A stretch of 63,025 nt of DNA, filler included, from Octopus bimaculoides (Eukaryota), in assembly GCF_001194135.2 (NCBI RefSeq). It is 6 parts of 4 records of this genome, joined end to end, with 100 filler letters (N's around TTAATTAATTAA, not from the genome) between each part and the next. Parts side by side here need not be neighbours in the genome. Positions count along the whole stretch, not along the records: positions 47,293 to 61,552 come from NC_068982.1; positions 61,653 to 63,025 come from NC_068982.1; 4 more parts are not named here. One strand, written 5' to 3'. How positions within the stretch are numbered: position 1 is the first letter of the stretch; every line of letters starts with the position of its first letter. Positions 51,707-63,025 of the stretch are shown in pieces. The position numbers were made by a program, and so were the translations under genes. The notes under the pieces were generated by a model. That model did not search any database. It had not been told where the DNA came from and saw nothing but the letters and a program-made list of their open reading frames with translations.

Positions 51707-53730
51707 GCGTGCGCGCACACACAGAGTAAATCCGCACAGATTCCGTTTACCAGGTTATATTTAAGTATTTGATTAACCCAAGGCTTTAACACAAGACATC
51801 GGCCCAAGATGGAATAAATGATATCGAACTCAAGCTACGTCATTGTAAAACAAAGCTCTTTATGACATAACCAAACTGGGACTATACACACGCTTGGATG
51901 TAGATTTTATTATCTAAGAAAATGAAGTACGAAAGTGACAAACTGAGCAGCATGGACAGATTAAATCAAATACCTCGATATATATGCATTTATTCCTTCA
52001 CTTATTGGGCTGTAGGCATGCTGAGACACCGAATGCAAGTGTTTTAATCGATTAAATTATTTCCAGAACAATTTTCTTACCTATGCTATCGATTACGGGG
52101 ATGTAAACAAGTAGCGTGGGTGGGGGAGGACAAACTAAACGCACACACTCACTCGCGTACACACATACTCACTCTCTCTCTTTCTATCTCTCCCTGACTC
52201 TCTCTCAGATACACACACATATATACGACAGGCTTCCACGCAGTTCCTATCAAACATTTTCTCTCTCAAAGCTTTAGTCGTCCTGCCGAAGTACTAGGCA
52301 CGAAATGACATGGTTGTAAGGTGAACTACTTAACCACGCAGAATGTATCTATATACATGTGTGCATGAATGTGTGTGCGCGCGCGCAAAACACACACCCA
52401 TTTATAAACAGGCTGCGCAGGTGACAATCTTTAGTTTTCAGCCTTCAACACATGTTTCATGCTATGTTACGTGATCAGTTAATACGCGAGTTTTTGTCAC
52501 ATTGTCTCAGGAAAGGTCTGAAAATTTTAAAATGGAAAACACCAAAGTAACGCTCTTGTATTGAATTTTGTTTTAAGTTCAGCAAATCTAATTGCGAATG
52601 CCCTCCGGAATTGAAATACAAAACCAAAGAAAACTGAAGAATGCCATAAAAAGTTTACAAGTTTTTCCCCTCGTTATCAAATGTCGTTTACCAACGATTT
52701 CAGCCTCACTTCAATACAGAATATGTTATGCGACGCTTGAGAGAGGCACAGCCGAAAAGAGAGGTTTTCTCCTCTATCTAACTCTCTCACTTCTTCCTTC
52801 TCTCCGTCTCTTAATCCCTCTCTTATTCTTTCTCTTCCCTTTTTCTGTCCGATTCTCCTCCTTCTGAAAATGCCTTTCTAATTTTCTATGATCCTATTGC
52901 TCATGCATGGTATTTCCTATTTGAACTTCGTTTTTTGCTCTCTCGTCCATTTCTTGCTGTTCAAGAGCAACTTTAGCCTCCCTTCAGTCCAGCGAGGTTT
53001 TATAACTATGGTGTTCTGCAATGCTTCAGAGATATAAGGCGAAAAAGACCGATTAACTCTCTCTCTTCTCTCTAAATCAGGCATGTTTTCCTTCTCTCCA
53101 TCTCCTTTTTCCTTTCACATTCTTTCATTTCTCTTCTTGTCTGAGATTGTTTTTCTTCCGCGAATGTCTTTCTGATTTTCTATAGTTCTACGATTCATGC
53201 ATGATTTTTCCTATTTGAATTTAGAAAAGTTCCATGTCACTTCATTCTTCGCACTCTGTTCTCTTCTTTCAAGAGCAAATAATTAACTATTCATTGTTTT
53301 TCCGGCGTTACCTGCATGCACAATTGTCTTCGGTTTTTCTTTTATTTCACCATCAGTTTAATCTTATCTATTTTTTTGTTTGTCAAGTTGATGGACTTAA
53401 ATTCTTGCCATACCAAATTTTACGTAATTTTCGTATATATTTTGTATAGTTCTTGTCGATCTGTTTCGTGATACTCTAAACATAAGGGTCCGCTCTATCC
53501 ATCTCGTTGTTTCAATTATTCTATATTGTTTTCACTACAAGATTATCAAATAGTCTGTTATGTCTGGGGAGAGTCATTCTCTTTTGGTGCCTTATAATTT
53601 AACACACTCACCGGTAAATTTTCCNNNNNNNNNNNNNNNNNNNNNNNNNNNNNNNNNNNNNNNNNNNNNNNNNNNNNNNNNNNNNNNNNNNNNNNNNNNN
53701 NNNNNNNNNNNNNNNNNNNNNNNNNNNNNG

Positions 53731-54019
53731 TCTGTTATGTCTGGGGAGAGTCATTCTCTTTTGGTGCCTTATAATTTAACACACTCACCGGTAAATTTTC
53801 CACTATTTCTTATTTATTTATTTTTTTATTTTTCTAATATCTTCGTTGCGTCTTCCAATCTTTGCAATGGTTTTGACTCTCAAAACTATTGAAAAGGTTG
53901 CAAAACGCAACGAAAATGTTAGAAAAAAAAAATAATAAAGAAATAGGTGGACATTTTACCGGTGAGTGTGTTAAATTATAAGGCACGAAAAGAGAATGAC
54001 TCTCCCCAGACACAACAGA
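53731..54019. repeat. ~290-bp near-perfect palindrome (foldback/MITE-like)
   Basis: Arms of ~145 nt centred on GTTTTGA-CTC-TCAAAAC (loop 53877..53879). Confidence 0.9.
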
Positions 54020-55068
54020 ATATGCTTCAACACACGAACTCACATAAGGAATCTTGCAAACTAAATCCAAAAACGAAATCACTAAATAGAATTTCCCTTA
54101 AATCTCACACATTGAAACCAGTGGTATAATTCGATATTCTATGATAACTATCAACATCTGAGCCTATTATTTCAGTTATTCGTCCATTTAACAGGTTCGG
54201 TTCCAAATTAAATATGTCCGCATACACACATGCACATAGATGTAGTTAGATATACAGTAAATATAATTATATGTACTATATTTTATTGTGTTCACGCATA
54301 CATGCATACATGCAACCACACACTCTGTACGTTTATACGAGTATATATATATATATATATATATATNNNNNNNNNNNNNNNNNNNNNNNNNNNNNNNNNN
54401 NNNNNNNNNNNNNNNNNNNNNNNNNNNNNNNNNNNNNNNNNNNNNNNNNNNNNNNNNNNNNNNNNNNNNNNNNNNNNNNNNNNNNNNNNNNNNNNNNNNN
54501 NNNNNNNNNNNNNNNNNNNNNNNNNNNNNNNNNNNNNNNNNNNNNNNNNNNNNNNNNNNNNNNNNNNNNNNNNNNNNNNNNNNNNNNNNNNNNNNNNNNN
54601 NNNNNNNNNNNNNNNNNNNNNNNNNNNNNNNNNNNNNNNNNNNNNNNNNNNNNNNNNTATATATATAATGCGAAAAGTGAATCACGTGTAAATATCGGGT
54701 TAAAAGCTTATTGGATTAAAAAGCAAGTGGAAAGCTGGCAGTGGGACTCGAACGCATATGTGTAATAGTTGGGATTCATCGTTCCTATATAAAGTAATTT
54801 GCGTTCATGAAATTTCTAAATTCTTACGACGTTGACAACGTCCAATTCTCGCAGGCAAGAATTGTTTAAATGGATGGAGAAAAAATGGATGCAAGATGTA
54901 AGTATTAGTTTGATACTTCAAGAGCCGTTATGAAAGTTGACGCCTCGCGTTTCAATTGTTCCTCAGAAAATTAGATAATTGGAAAAATAAAGTTTAGAGG
55001 GCAGCGAGAAACAGTGGTAATGTAGAGATATGTGTTGTTTCGTGTCGAATCAAATTTAAATAGTGTGC

Positions 55069-55115
<47 letters not shown>

Positions 55116-55612
55116 TTTGTTTGTGTCTGTCTGTCTGTCTGTGTCTGTCTGTGTCGTCACTTGCGGCCGAGGAATCACAGGGTAACGAAATCGCTTTTCT
55201 AAATTTATGCTCTTTTTTTTTTTTTTTTGCAGTAACGCCTTTAGTCATAAGCCTGCAAAAACAAGAAGAACATATCATAGTATTGCTGTAAAGTGTAAGT
55301 TACTGAAATGAAAGATAACTTTAAAAACTTTAGAAACTTAGAATCAGTTTTGTCAATTCGCTTCGATAAGCAGTAGAGAAAATTAAAACCAACGTAACTA
55401 TTTGCTGAAGTGTGAATTTACAGTAGGAACTTACAGACATTTCTTCACGGTTGTAAGCTGTGTATTTTCGGCATCGCAGTCACAATGAAGTCGGAAATAT
55501 ATGAAATCTAACGCTAATTTTAATATGTTAAAAATTGTACTGTTTGTTTTATAGCAGTAACCTTCTGCCAAAGAATTGGTGTACATAGTCAGAATCTCAT
55601 TACACACAAACC

Positions 55613-55730
<118 letters not shown>

Positions 55731-56530
55731 CGTGTGCAAGTGCACAATCATATGTATACATATACTACTATGTATGAAGTACATAAACTAATGAATACTT
55801 GGATATCAGCAATAATGAAATTTTGTTTGGATGCTTACCATACAACAAGGTTGTGGGGAATCTCTGTTTTAATTATGATAGAACCACTTTACACACTGCG
55901 AAGAGTCGAGGCCCCATATATAAGGTTACGATTCTCGGTTTCTACGTATTCATAAATCCGTCTTTATTAATATTCTAGTTTTGTATACTAGTTTGTCAGA
56001 TTCCTTATATAACTGAAGTTGTACCATTCACGTTCGAATGTACGACTTAAAAGTAATTTACGCTACAGATTTTAGGCAACTCGTAAGGCAAATGATAAGA
56101 GTAGATTGTTTAACGAAAGACAAAGAAAGTTAGTTAAAGCTTCGTGCATTAAATACTGAGCAGAATTTTGCACCAATACGGTACATGTACATATGAGTCT
56201 GAATATATGACAAGATATAAATAATCGTTGTCACGTATTGACCATTCTTTATACTTGCGTTTGTCACTCAATGTAAAAACCGGTTAACTGGAGCACAACA
56301 TGAATATTTGAAGTTCTTTAATAATCTACACAATATTGATAGCCTGATGTGCTAACAGAGACCTTGTTAAGTATTATTTCCCGGGTTGATAATCCCCCGC
56401 AAATAACCTTATGTGTGTGTGCGTAAATTTATGTAAGTAGTATATGTATTTGAATATGTATATGTATATCTATGTATGCATGCATAGTTACATGCACGTA
56501 TATATATATATAGAGAGAGAGAGAGATGTA

Positions 56531-56587
56531 TAACAAAACTGTCCGATGAACGGGAACGTGAAACTCAGAGTAACGGTTTTTTTGTTA
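56531..56587 (+). ncRNA. Type I hammerhead ribozyme motif with a U4C core substitution
   Basis: AAAACTGT-CCGATGA-ACG-GGAA-CGT-GAAA-CTCAGAG-TA-ACGGTTTT: 8-bp stem I (one G-U), extendable by TAAC/GTTA; 3-bp stem II; short stem III; GUA cleavage triplet (cut after 56572). C at core position 4 (56544). Confidence 0.7.
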
Positions 56588-56610
56588 TATTTCTGCTGCT
56601 TTTAAATAAA

Positions 56611-56644
<34 letters not shown>

Positions 56645-56998
56645 NNNNNNNNNNNNNNNNNNNNNNNNNNNNNNNNNNNNNNNNNNNNNNNNNNNNNNNN
56701 NNNNNNNNNNNNNNNNNNNNNNNNNNNNNNNNNNNNNNNNNNNNNGTATGCCTGCATCTACGTATGTTCGAATATGTATATTCTCTTTTATTGTTGATTG
56801 TAGGACGTTTTTCTGTAAGAACGGGCTACCTTTCTAACAAATCTACAAACTCTGTCGTTTAAATGTAGATAACAAAAGCAAATTAATATGTTGAACTTGA
56901 GAAATGTCTTACATATTTTTATTGTTTCGCCTGCGATAATAGTGAATTTATAACTTGGTTATAGAAGCTATAGGTTTTGAAGCAACACACATACACGA

Positions 56999-57065
<67 letters not shown>

Positions 57066-57739
57066 CATAGACGAGTGTGTGTATGTGTCTGTGTGCATTT
57101 CGATGTATGTATTAGTGTTAATTGCTTAAAGTCCCCTTGCAATCTTTCGTGCTAGCTGGTTGATGGTATGCGCAGTAATCAGCAGAAGTATGTACTGCCA
57201 TTTTTACCGGTGGTACGCAATAAGCCGTAGTAATAGGTTTATAAGTGGCCTGTGCATTGATGTTGTCCTTTCAGTGTATTGTTCAATGTAGTTTGCCATT
57301 CAACTATTAGATATATTTTTGATCACTCTCAAGTACTAGGGTTTCAATATGCTTATCAACGTGTAGAAGTTATTGAAGCAGAAGAATAAATGCTCGAAGC
57401 TGAGAAATACGTACGGATCCTGAATATTTTAGGTGTAGGTTCTCATTCTGCTACATAATAAAATGGGGAAAAAAATCTATTATCTGTATGAAAAACTAAC
57501 AAATTATTTTGTTTATATCTAGAGAATAGCGAGGTACATCGAATCTATGATGTAAACTGAGATGATTGCAGCCAACAAAATAGGATGCTAAACTATCAAT
57601 TTAGTATCCAGGGAATATACATACGTATATTTGGATACATGCCACAGCCAAAAAATCCATGAAAGCTTGCAATTTCGTTTAATTCATTGATTTCGCAAAA
57701 TAACGGAGTGCCACAGCGATGTAGGTGAGTGCCTGTCGC

Positions 57740-57799
<60 letters not shown>

Positions 57800-58371
57800 G
57801 TATGTGTGTGTGTGTGTGTGTATGTGTGTGTGAGTGCGTGCGTGTGTGTATATATATATATAAAAGAAAAAAAGAAGATGGTGTGGCTAAAGCAAGATGT
57901 TCTCTGTCTCCCTAACCTCTGGGAGATTTGAGGCATTATTATATTAATNNNNNNNNNNNNNNNNNNNNNNNNNNNNNNNNNNNNNNNNNNNNNNNNNNNN
58001 NNNNNNNNNNNNNNNNNNNNNNNNNNNNNNNNNNNNNNNNNNNNNNNNNNNNNNNNNNNNNNNNNNNNNNNNNNNNNNNNNNNNNNNNNNNNNNNNNNNN
58101 NNNNNNNNNNNNNNNNNNNNNNNNNNNNNNNNNNNNNNNNNNNNNNNNNNNNNNNNNNNNNNNNNNNNNNNNNNNNNNNNNNNNNNNNNNNNNNNNNNNN
58201 NNNNNNNNNNNNNNNNNNNNNNNNNNNNNNNNNNNNNNNNNNNNNNNNNNNNNNNNNNNNNNNNNNNNNNNNNNNNNNNNNNNNNNNNNNNNNNNNNNNN
58301 NNNNNNNNNNNNNNNNNNNNNNNNNNNNNNNNNNNNNNNNNNNNNNNNNNNNNNNNNNNNNNNNNNNNNNN

Positions 58372-58418
<47 letters not shown>

Positions 58419-58749
58419 TTTTATCGAAATAAATGCCAAAAAATTCAGTCAGCAACTCTAGTATCTGTTTGATTTTAATTTATTACTTTCTTTATATACG
58501 GAGAAGAATGCGACAAGTATTTATATAACACCTTACATAGATACGCACACAAACACACAAATACATACACACACACATACATACATACATACATACATAC
58601 ATACATACATACATACATACATACATACGCACACTCTTATACACAATCATATATGGCATAACATACACACTCACATATGGAATATGAATATTCTCATGCA
58701 CACACAAGCTTCCTACAAGCAGAGAACTGAATTCTACATTTTTTTCTTC

Positions 58750-59100
58750 CTTTGTTTATGCTTTATTATCGGTAGCCGGTGCTTTATGTTATGTCCGTTT
58801 TATTTTTGCAACCATTCAAAACGTCAGAGAGTGGAAACAGTCAATATAATATCTTGTCATCTCCTCATCGTTTTTTCGATCCTATGTGTTTCCCGAGAGA
58901 GGTTATTAGCATCATGCCCTATACAGCCTGTACACTGATGGCTTCAGGGCACGATCCATTGTTTCAGCAACAGTATTCAACACCTCTATGTTCGTAGGGT
59001 TTCAGATGTCTCTGTTATGAAGCGAAAGAAAATCTCTCATGTAGGCGTTTGAAGAATTCATGGTTCTATCATTTTCTTGCTGCGGCAGTGTTTATTGTGT
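58750..59100 (-). mobile_element. Possible highly decayed RTE-like LINE 3' fragment
   Basis: Minus translation has MRDFLSLHNRDI*NPTNIEVLNTV...ALKPSVYRLYRA...RYYID, loosely matching LRRIL.I.W.D.I.NEEVL...LRW.GH...R.ID. Confidence 0.35.
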
Positions 59101-60024
59101 AACGAAAGCAAAGGCACCGCTATTCAGGTTAGGGCAGCCTTTCTAAAAAGCAGGTCGGAAACTATCTCTAAATTGTATCTTTTACATATCTCAGTCTTTG
59201 GATTGAAGCCATGCTGTATCATCACCTTGAAGAACTGAGAATAAAAGAAGTACCCCAATACTTATCTTGAAGCTATGTACCGAACTGCTAAGTTACGGGG
59301 GTTTCAAACAAACCAACGCCAGTTGTTAAGCAGCGGGGAAGAACAAACACAACCGCAAAGACAAACACTCGTATAGACATACATACATTCATACATACAA
59401 ACATACAAACATACATACATACATACATACATGTATATATATGTGTGTGTATGTGTGTGTATGTATGTATGTATGTATGTACGTATGTATGTATGTACGT
59501 ATACGACAAATATCTTTTCGGTTTCCGTCTACGAAATCCACTCACAGCGCTCAAAATGCCCGGGGCTATAGCAGAGTACACATGCGCAAATTTTGCTCGC
59601 AAGGGTTTTGAACCGAGTTCACATCACTAGGAAGCACGCTTCAGTCTGATACTTTTATTTAAAGTGAGTTGTATACTACTGTGTATTTCTTTTCCTTTTT
59701 AAAGTTGGTGCAGCTACACTTACTTCGGCCTCCGGAAAATCGCTTCTTCGGGAGAGGAGGTTATTTGTGCGATTGCTTATAGTTATGGATATTTACTAAA
59801 TATAATTTAGTTGATGATTAATCGACGTGTGAATTGTATACGTTGCTAAGAACTAAGATTTCATATATCATTGTATCCAAGATTCTGACGGATACCAACT
59901 TTGGTTTTACTCTTAACTTTAAGTTAAAGATTTCTGAGTATATCTGTTATGACACGACACTGCTCTCTAAGAGAATAATAAAGGCTCACGTTTATTATTT
60001 TTGGCTAATTGTTAAAGTTTGCTT

Positions 60025-60540
60025 AATTCCGTGAAAATATATAGCAGGTATTCGGATCAAATTTGACGATATTTCCTCTCACCATTTTCCAAGAACACCA
60101 GCAGCGCTGGAGAACGTAAAAATTAAAGTTGTAGTCGAGAAAACGTTTGCTAGTAAAGAGGCCTGGAAGCCATATGAATATTGGAAAGGAGTGACCTACA
60201 TCATGATGATTCGCGTTTGGTGTCAAAATGCAAATATCATGGACAGCCGCAACGTAAACTACTAAGCCGTGGGCAGCAGGAAGAGATACCCCAGTTATTA
60301 TAATTGCGTCCGCACGCCGGAGTTCATTCGACACCGGCAGGACAAGGCGATGGAAGATCCGAGTTAGAGAATCCAGGTTTTGGTGAGAGAGATGGATGTT
60401 GGAGTCGTCACCAAGAAACTAGCTCTGAATGAAGATCTTAGCCACTACTCATATAAACGGTGCAAAAGACAAATTCTGACAGCAAAGGCCTAAGCGTACT
60501 GCTTGACGAAGGCAAAGAAGCTCTTGACCTTGAAACAATA
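60025..60540 (+). mobile_element. Decayed Tc1/mariner (maT/DD37D-like) transposase N-terminal fragment
   Basis: From 60305: CVRTPEFIRHRQDKAMEDPS*RIQVLVREMDVGVVTKKLALNEDLSHYSYKRCKRQILTAKA*, resembling the second HTH region of maT-type transposases (RTPE...EDP..S.R.LA..L.V...T....V.EDL...SYK). In-frame stops present. Confidence 0.6.
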
Positions 60541-61091
60541 TTGGTGTATCTTACCGCCATTTTAGAAAAGGCAATTCTAAAATGGATAGTTAAGAAAATA
60601 ATGTCGTATTTCGAATTGTTGTTCGTTAGGCATCAATTATAATTATATTTAGTGTTTCGTATTCATTTGTATAACTGTACTTGTTGTCAATGTGTTTATT
60701 TCAGCATTGTTCTGCCATATGAGTAATACTTACATAATTAATCATGTTTTGTGAGTCTGTGAAATTCTGTACTAACACATTAGCGCGCACGCACACACGC
60801 ACACACAGATACACACATATACACACATACAAATAAGTATGTTTGTGTGTTTACCAATGTTTTATTTAGTGTTAATTTTCTTTTGTGAAATCTGCAATAT
60901 GTAAGTGCATGTTGAGACATCATCAGCTGTAATCCCAAGGCTAATATGATATTGTACAACCTGACTAGCTAATACAATATATATATATGTGGTGAGGTGT
61001 ATAAATGTGTGCATGTGTGTGTGTGCGTGTGTGAGAGAAAGAGAGAGAGACAAAGAGAGAGAGACAGAGACAGAGAGAGAGACAGACAGAC

Positions 61092-61138
<47 letters not shown>

Positions 61139-61448
61139 GAGAGTGCCTGCTCACGTGTATGTGTATGTCTATTATTATTTCTAATTTTATCTCTAAAATT
61201 AGAAATAATAATAGTCTCGTACTTGTATGGCTAGTTAAAATTTTAGAGACTTTTCCTCTCTCAACATTTACTTGCAATGAAATGTATCACAGACAGACAG
61301 ACAGACAGAGATAAGATTAGGCTTACTTGATATTGCAATTCCGTTCTATTGTCAGCCTATTTATATATTAGGAAATATATTAGAAAATTTGTAATGTGTA
61401 TCCATCCGTCTATCCGTTCGTAGGTTCGTTGGTGCGTTTGCATATCTC

Positions 61449-61493
<45 letters not shown>

Positions 61494-61504
61494 TTATCTA
61501 TCTA

Positions 61505-61552
<48 letters not shown>

Positions 61553-61654
61553 NNNNNNNNNNNNNNNNNNNNNNNNNNNNNNNNNNNNNNNNNNNNTTAA
61601 TTAATTAANNNNNNNNNNNNNNNNNNNNNNNNNNNNNNNNNNNNNNNNNNNNGG

Positions 61655-61830
61655 TCAAAATGCTGAGCGGCATTTCGTCCGTCTTTACGTTCTGCGCTCA
61701 AATTTACCTGTTATTCTTTCGGGGTCAATGAAGTAAGTACTACTTGAGCACTGGTGTCGATGTAATCGGCTCATCTCCCCACCTCTATCGACATTGCTGG
61801 CCTTGTGTCAAAATTTCGAACCATTATTTA
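61655..61830 (+). mobile_element. Partial SINE of the same family as 36085..36211
   Basis: aaatgctgagcggcatttcgtccgtctttacgttctg..caaatt...ctttcggggtcaat..taagtac..gcactggtgtcgatgtaatcg. Confidence 0.65.
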
Positions 61831-63025
61831 GTCGATGGGTGAAGTAGAAATCCACGATAGCTTTTGGCCGACATGGTTAATGATTTTCTGCTGCGGAGGG
61901 TGGAGGCATTGAAACAGAAAGAGAGGGACCCAGAAGAAAGCCGGCATTGGATCTGAGAAACAGCAGGTTAGAGTGACGAAAGGTAAGTGTTGAACGTTTA
62001 GAGAGGAGCTAATTAGTTAAGAAGAACCGAAGCTGTTGTGGGAACGATTGAAGGGAGAAGACACAGCACTGCTGGGAGCTGAAGTTAGTAAGGGAAACTG
62101 TCTTGGTTGAGGGAAGCTCGGAATGTGTGTGTGTGAGAAGGTGAGAGAGCGCGGATGAGAAAGCGTGCGCGAGAAGAGAGAGAGTGAAAGTGAGTGATAG
62201 AGTTTTTGCGAGAGAGAGAACACAAGTGGGAGGGTAAAAGCAGGAGTAAGAGTTTGTGAGTGAGAGAGAGAGAGAGCGTGAAAGAGAGNNNNNNNNNNNN
62301 NNNNNNNNNNNNNNNNNNNNNNNNNNNNNNNNNNNNNNNNNNNNNNNNNNNNNNNNNNNNNNNNNNNNNNNNNNNNNNNNNNNNNNNNNNNNNNNNNNNN
62401 NNNNNNNNNNNNNNNNNNNNNNNNNNNNNNNNNNNNNNNNNNNNNNNNNNNNNNNNNNNNNNNNNNNNNNNNNNNNNNNNNNNNNNAGTTTTTTGTGCGA
62501 GAGAAAAGAGAGAGAGAGAGAGAGAGAGTTTTTGCGAGAGAGAGAACACAAGTGGGAGGGTAAAAGCAGGAGTAAGAGTTTGTGAGTGAGAGAGAGAGAG
62601 AGCGTGAAAGAGAGTAAAAGAGAGAAGTAATCAATGATCTGAGATGATAAACAGGTGATCAAAGCCGAAATATTTCCCATCAAGTAGTCTTTACTCCCTT
62701 CTTCCCCTCGTTACTCGCCTCTCTCTCTCCAGCTACCTCTCTAGTTAAGACAGACAAGATATCAAAAGTGTTCAATGGATTAGTTCAAACTAAATAGGTT
62801 TTGTTTTCAAATTATCTTGAACGGTAGACTTAGACATAACTCCAAATCGAGGATAAAATAGTCAACGACTCGGACGCTGCAAAATATTTCAAATTCTGGA
62901 ACCAGGCCAGCAAGTCCGGGGCAGTGAGTAAATCGATTATAATATAATCGATCAGTAATTCCCAACCATTTTATTCAAATGAATTTTCCCACGGTCACCT
63001 TTTATATATATATATATATATATAT

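Noticed and set aside
53554-53800. 71-nt direct repeat on both sides of a gap
   Set aside because: Most likely an unmerged contig overlap caused by the palindromic element; not called a real duplication.
61975-61990. Plus-strand AAG|GTAAGT donor, and other isolated GTAAGT/GTGAGT hits (e.g. ~22741, 35283, 57723, 59718)
   Set aside because: Lone donor hexamers are expected frequently by chance; there is no paired acceptor or coding frame.
62201-62612. ~88-nt direct repeat flanking a gap
   Set aside because: Probably an assembly overlap in GA-rich sequence; cannot be distinguished from a real tandem repeat.

Overview
AT-rich metazoan non-coding DNA from a gapped draft assembly. It is dense in (TA)n/(CA)n/(TACA)n/(TATC)n/(GA)n and trinucleotide microsatellites, tRNA-derived SINEs, MITEs and decayed LINE/DNA-transposon fragments. 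The repeat content most resembles an Octopus (cephalopod) genome; this is an inference from repeat landscape only. There is no complete host protein-coding gene, and almost every entry in the ORF track is a microsatellite or N-gap artefact. The only long clean ORF (3103..4023, -) is a 5'-truncated DDE transposase of the Chapaev3/Transib/RAG1-like type. Other coding remnants: two or three RTE LINEs, a Penelope-like (GIY-YIG) element with an inverted 5' segment, a mariner/maT-like fragment and two L2/CR1 3' ends. Most interesting signals, all read by eye and unverified computationally: (1) several hammerhead-ribozyme motifs in short inserts embedded in microsatellites; (2) minus-strand splicing signals suggesting the window lies within a long-intron gene, namely a YnCAG|GTAAGT recursive-splice (ratchet) site at ~30634 and a 35-nt exon ending in ATG at 20370..20404; (3) a perfect CTCF-type motif at 48874; (4) an apparent CpG-depleted versus CpG-retaining domain structure; (5) nested and palindromic MITEs.
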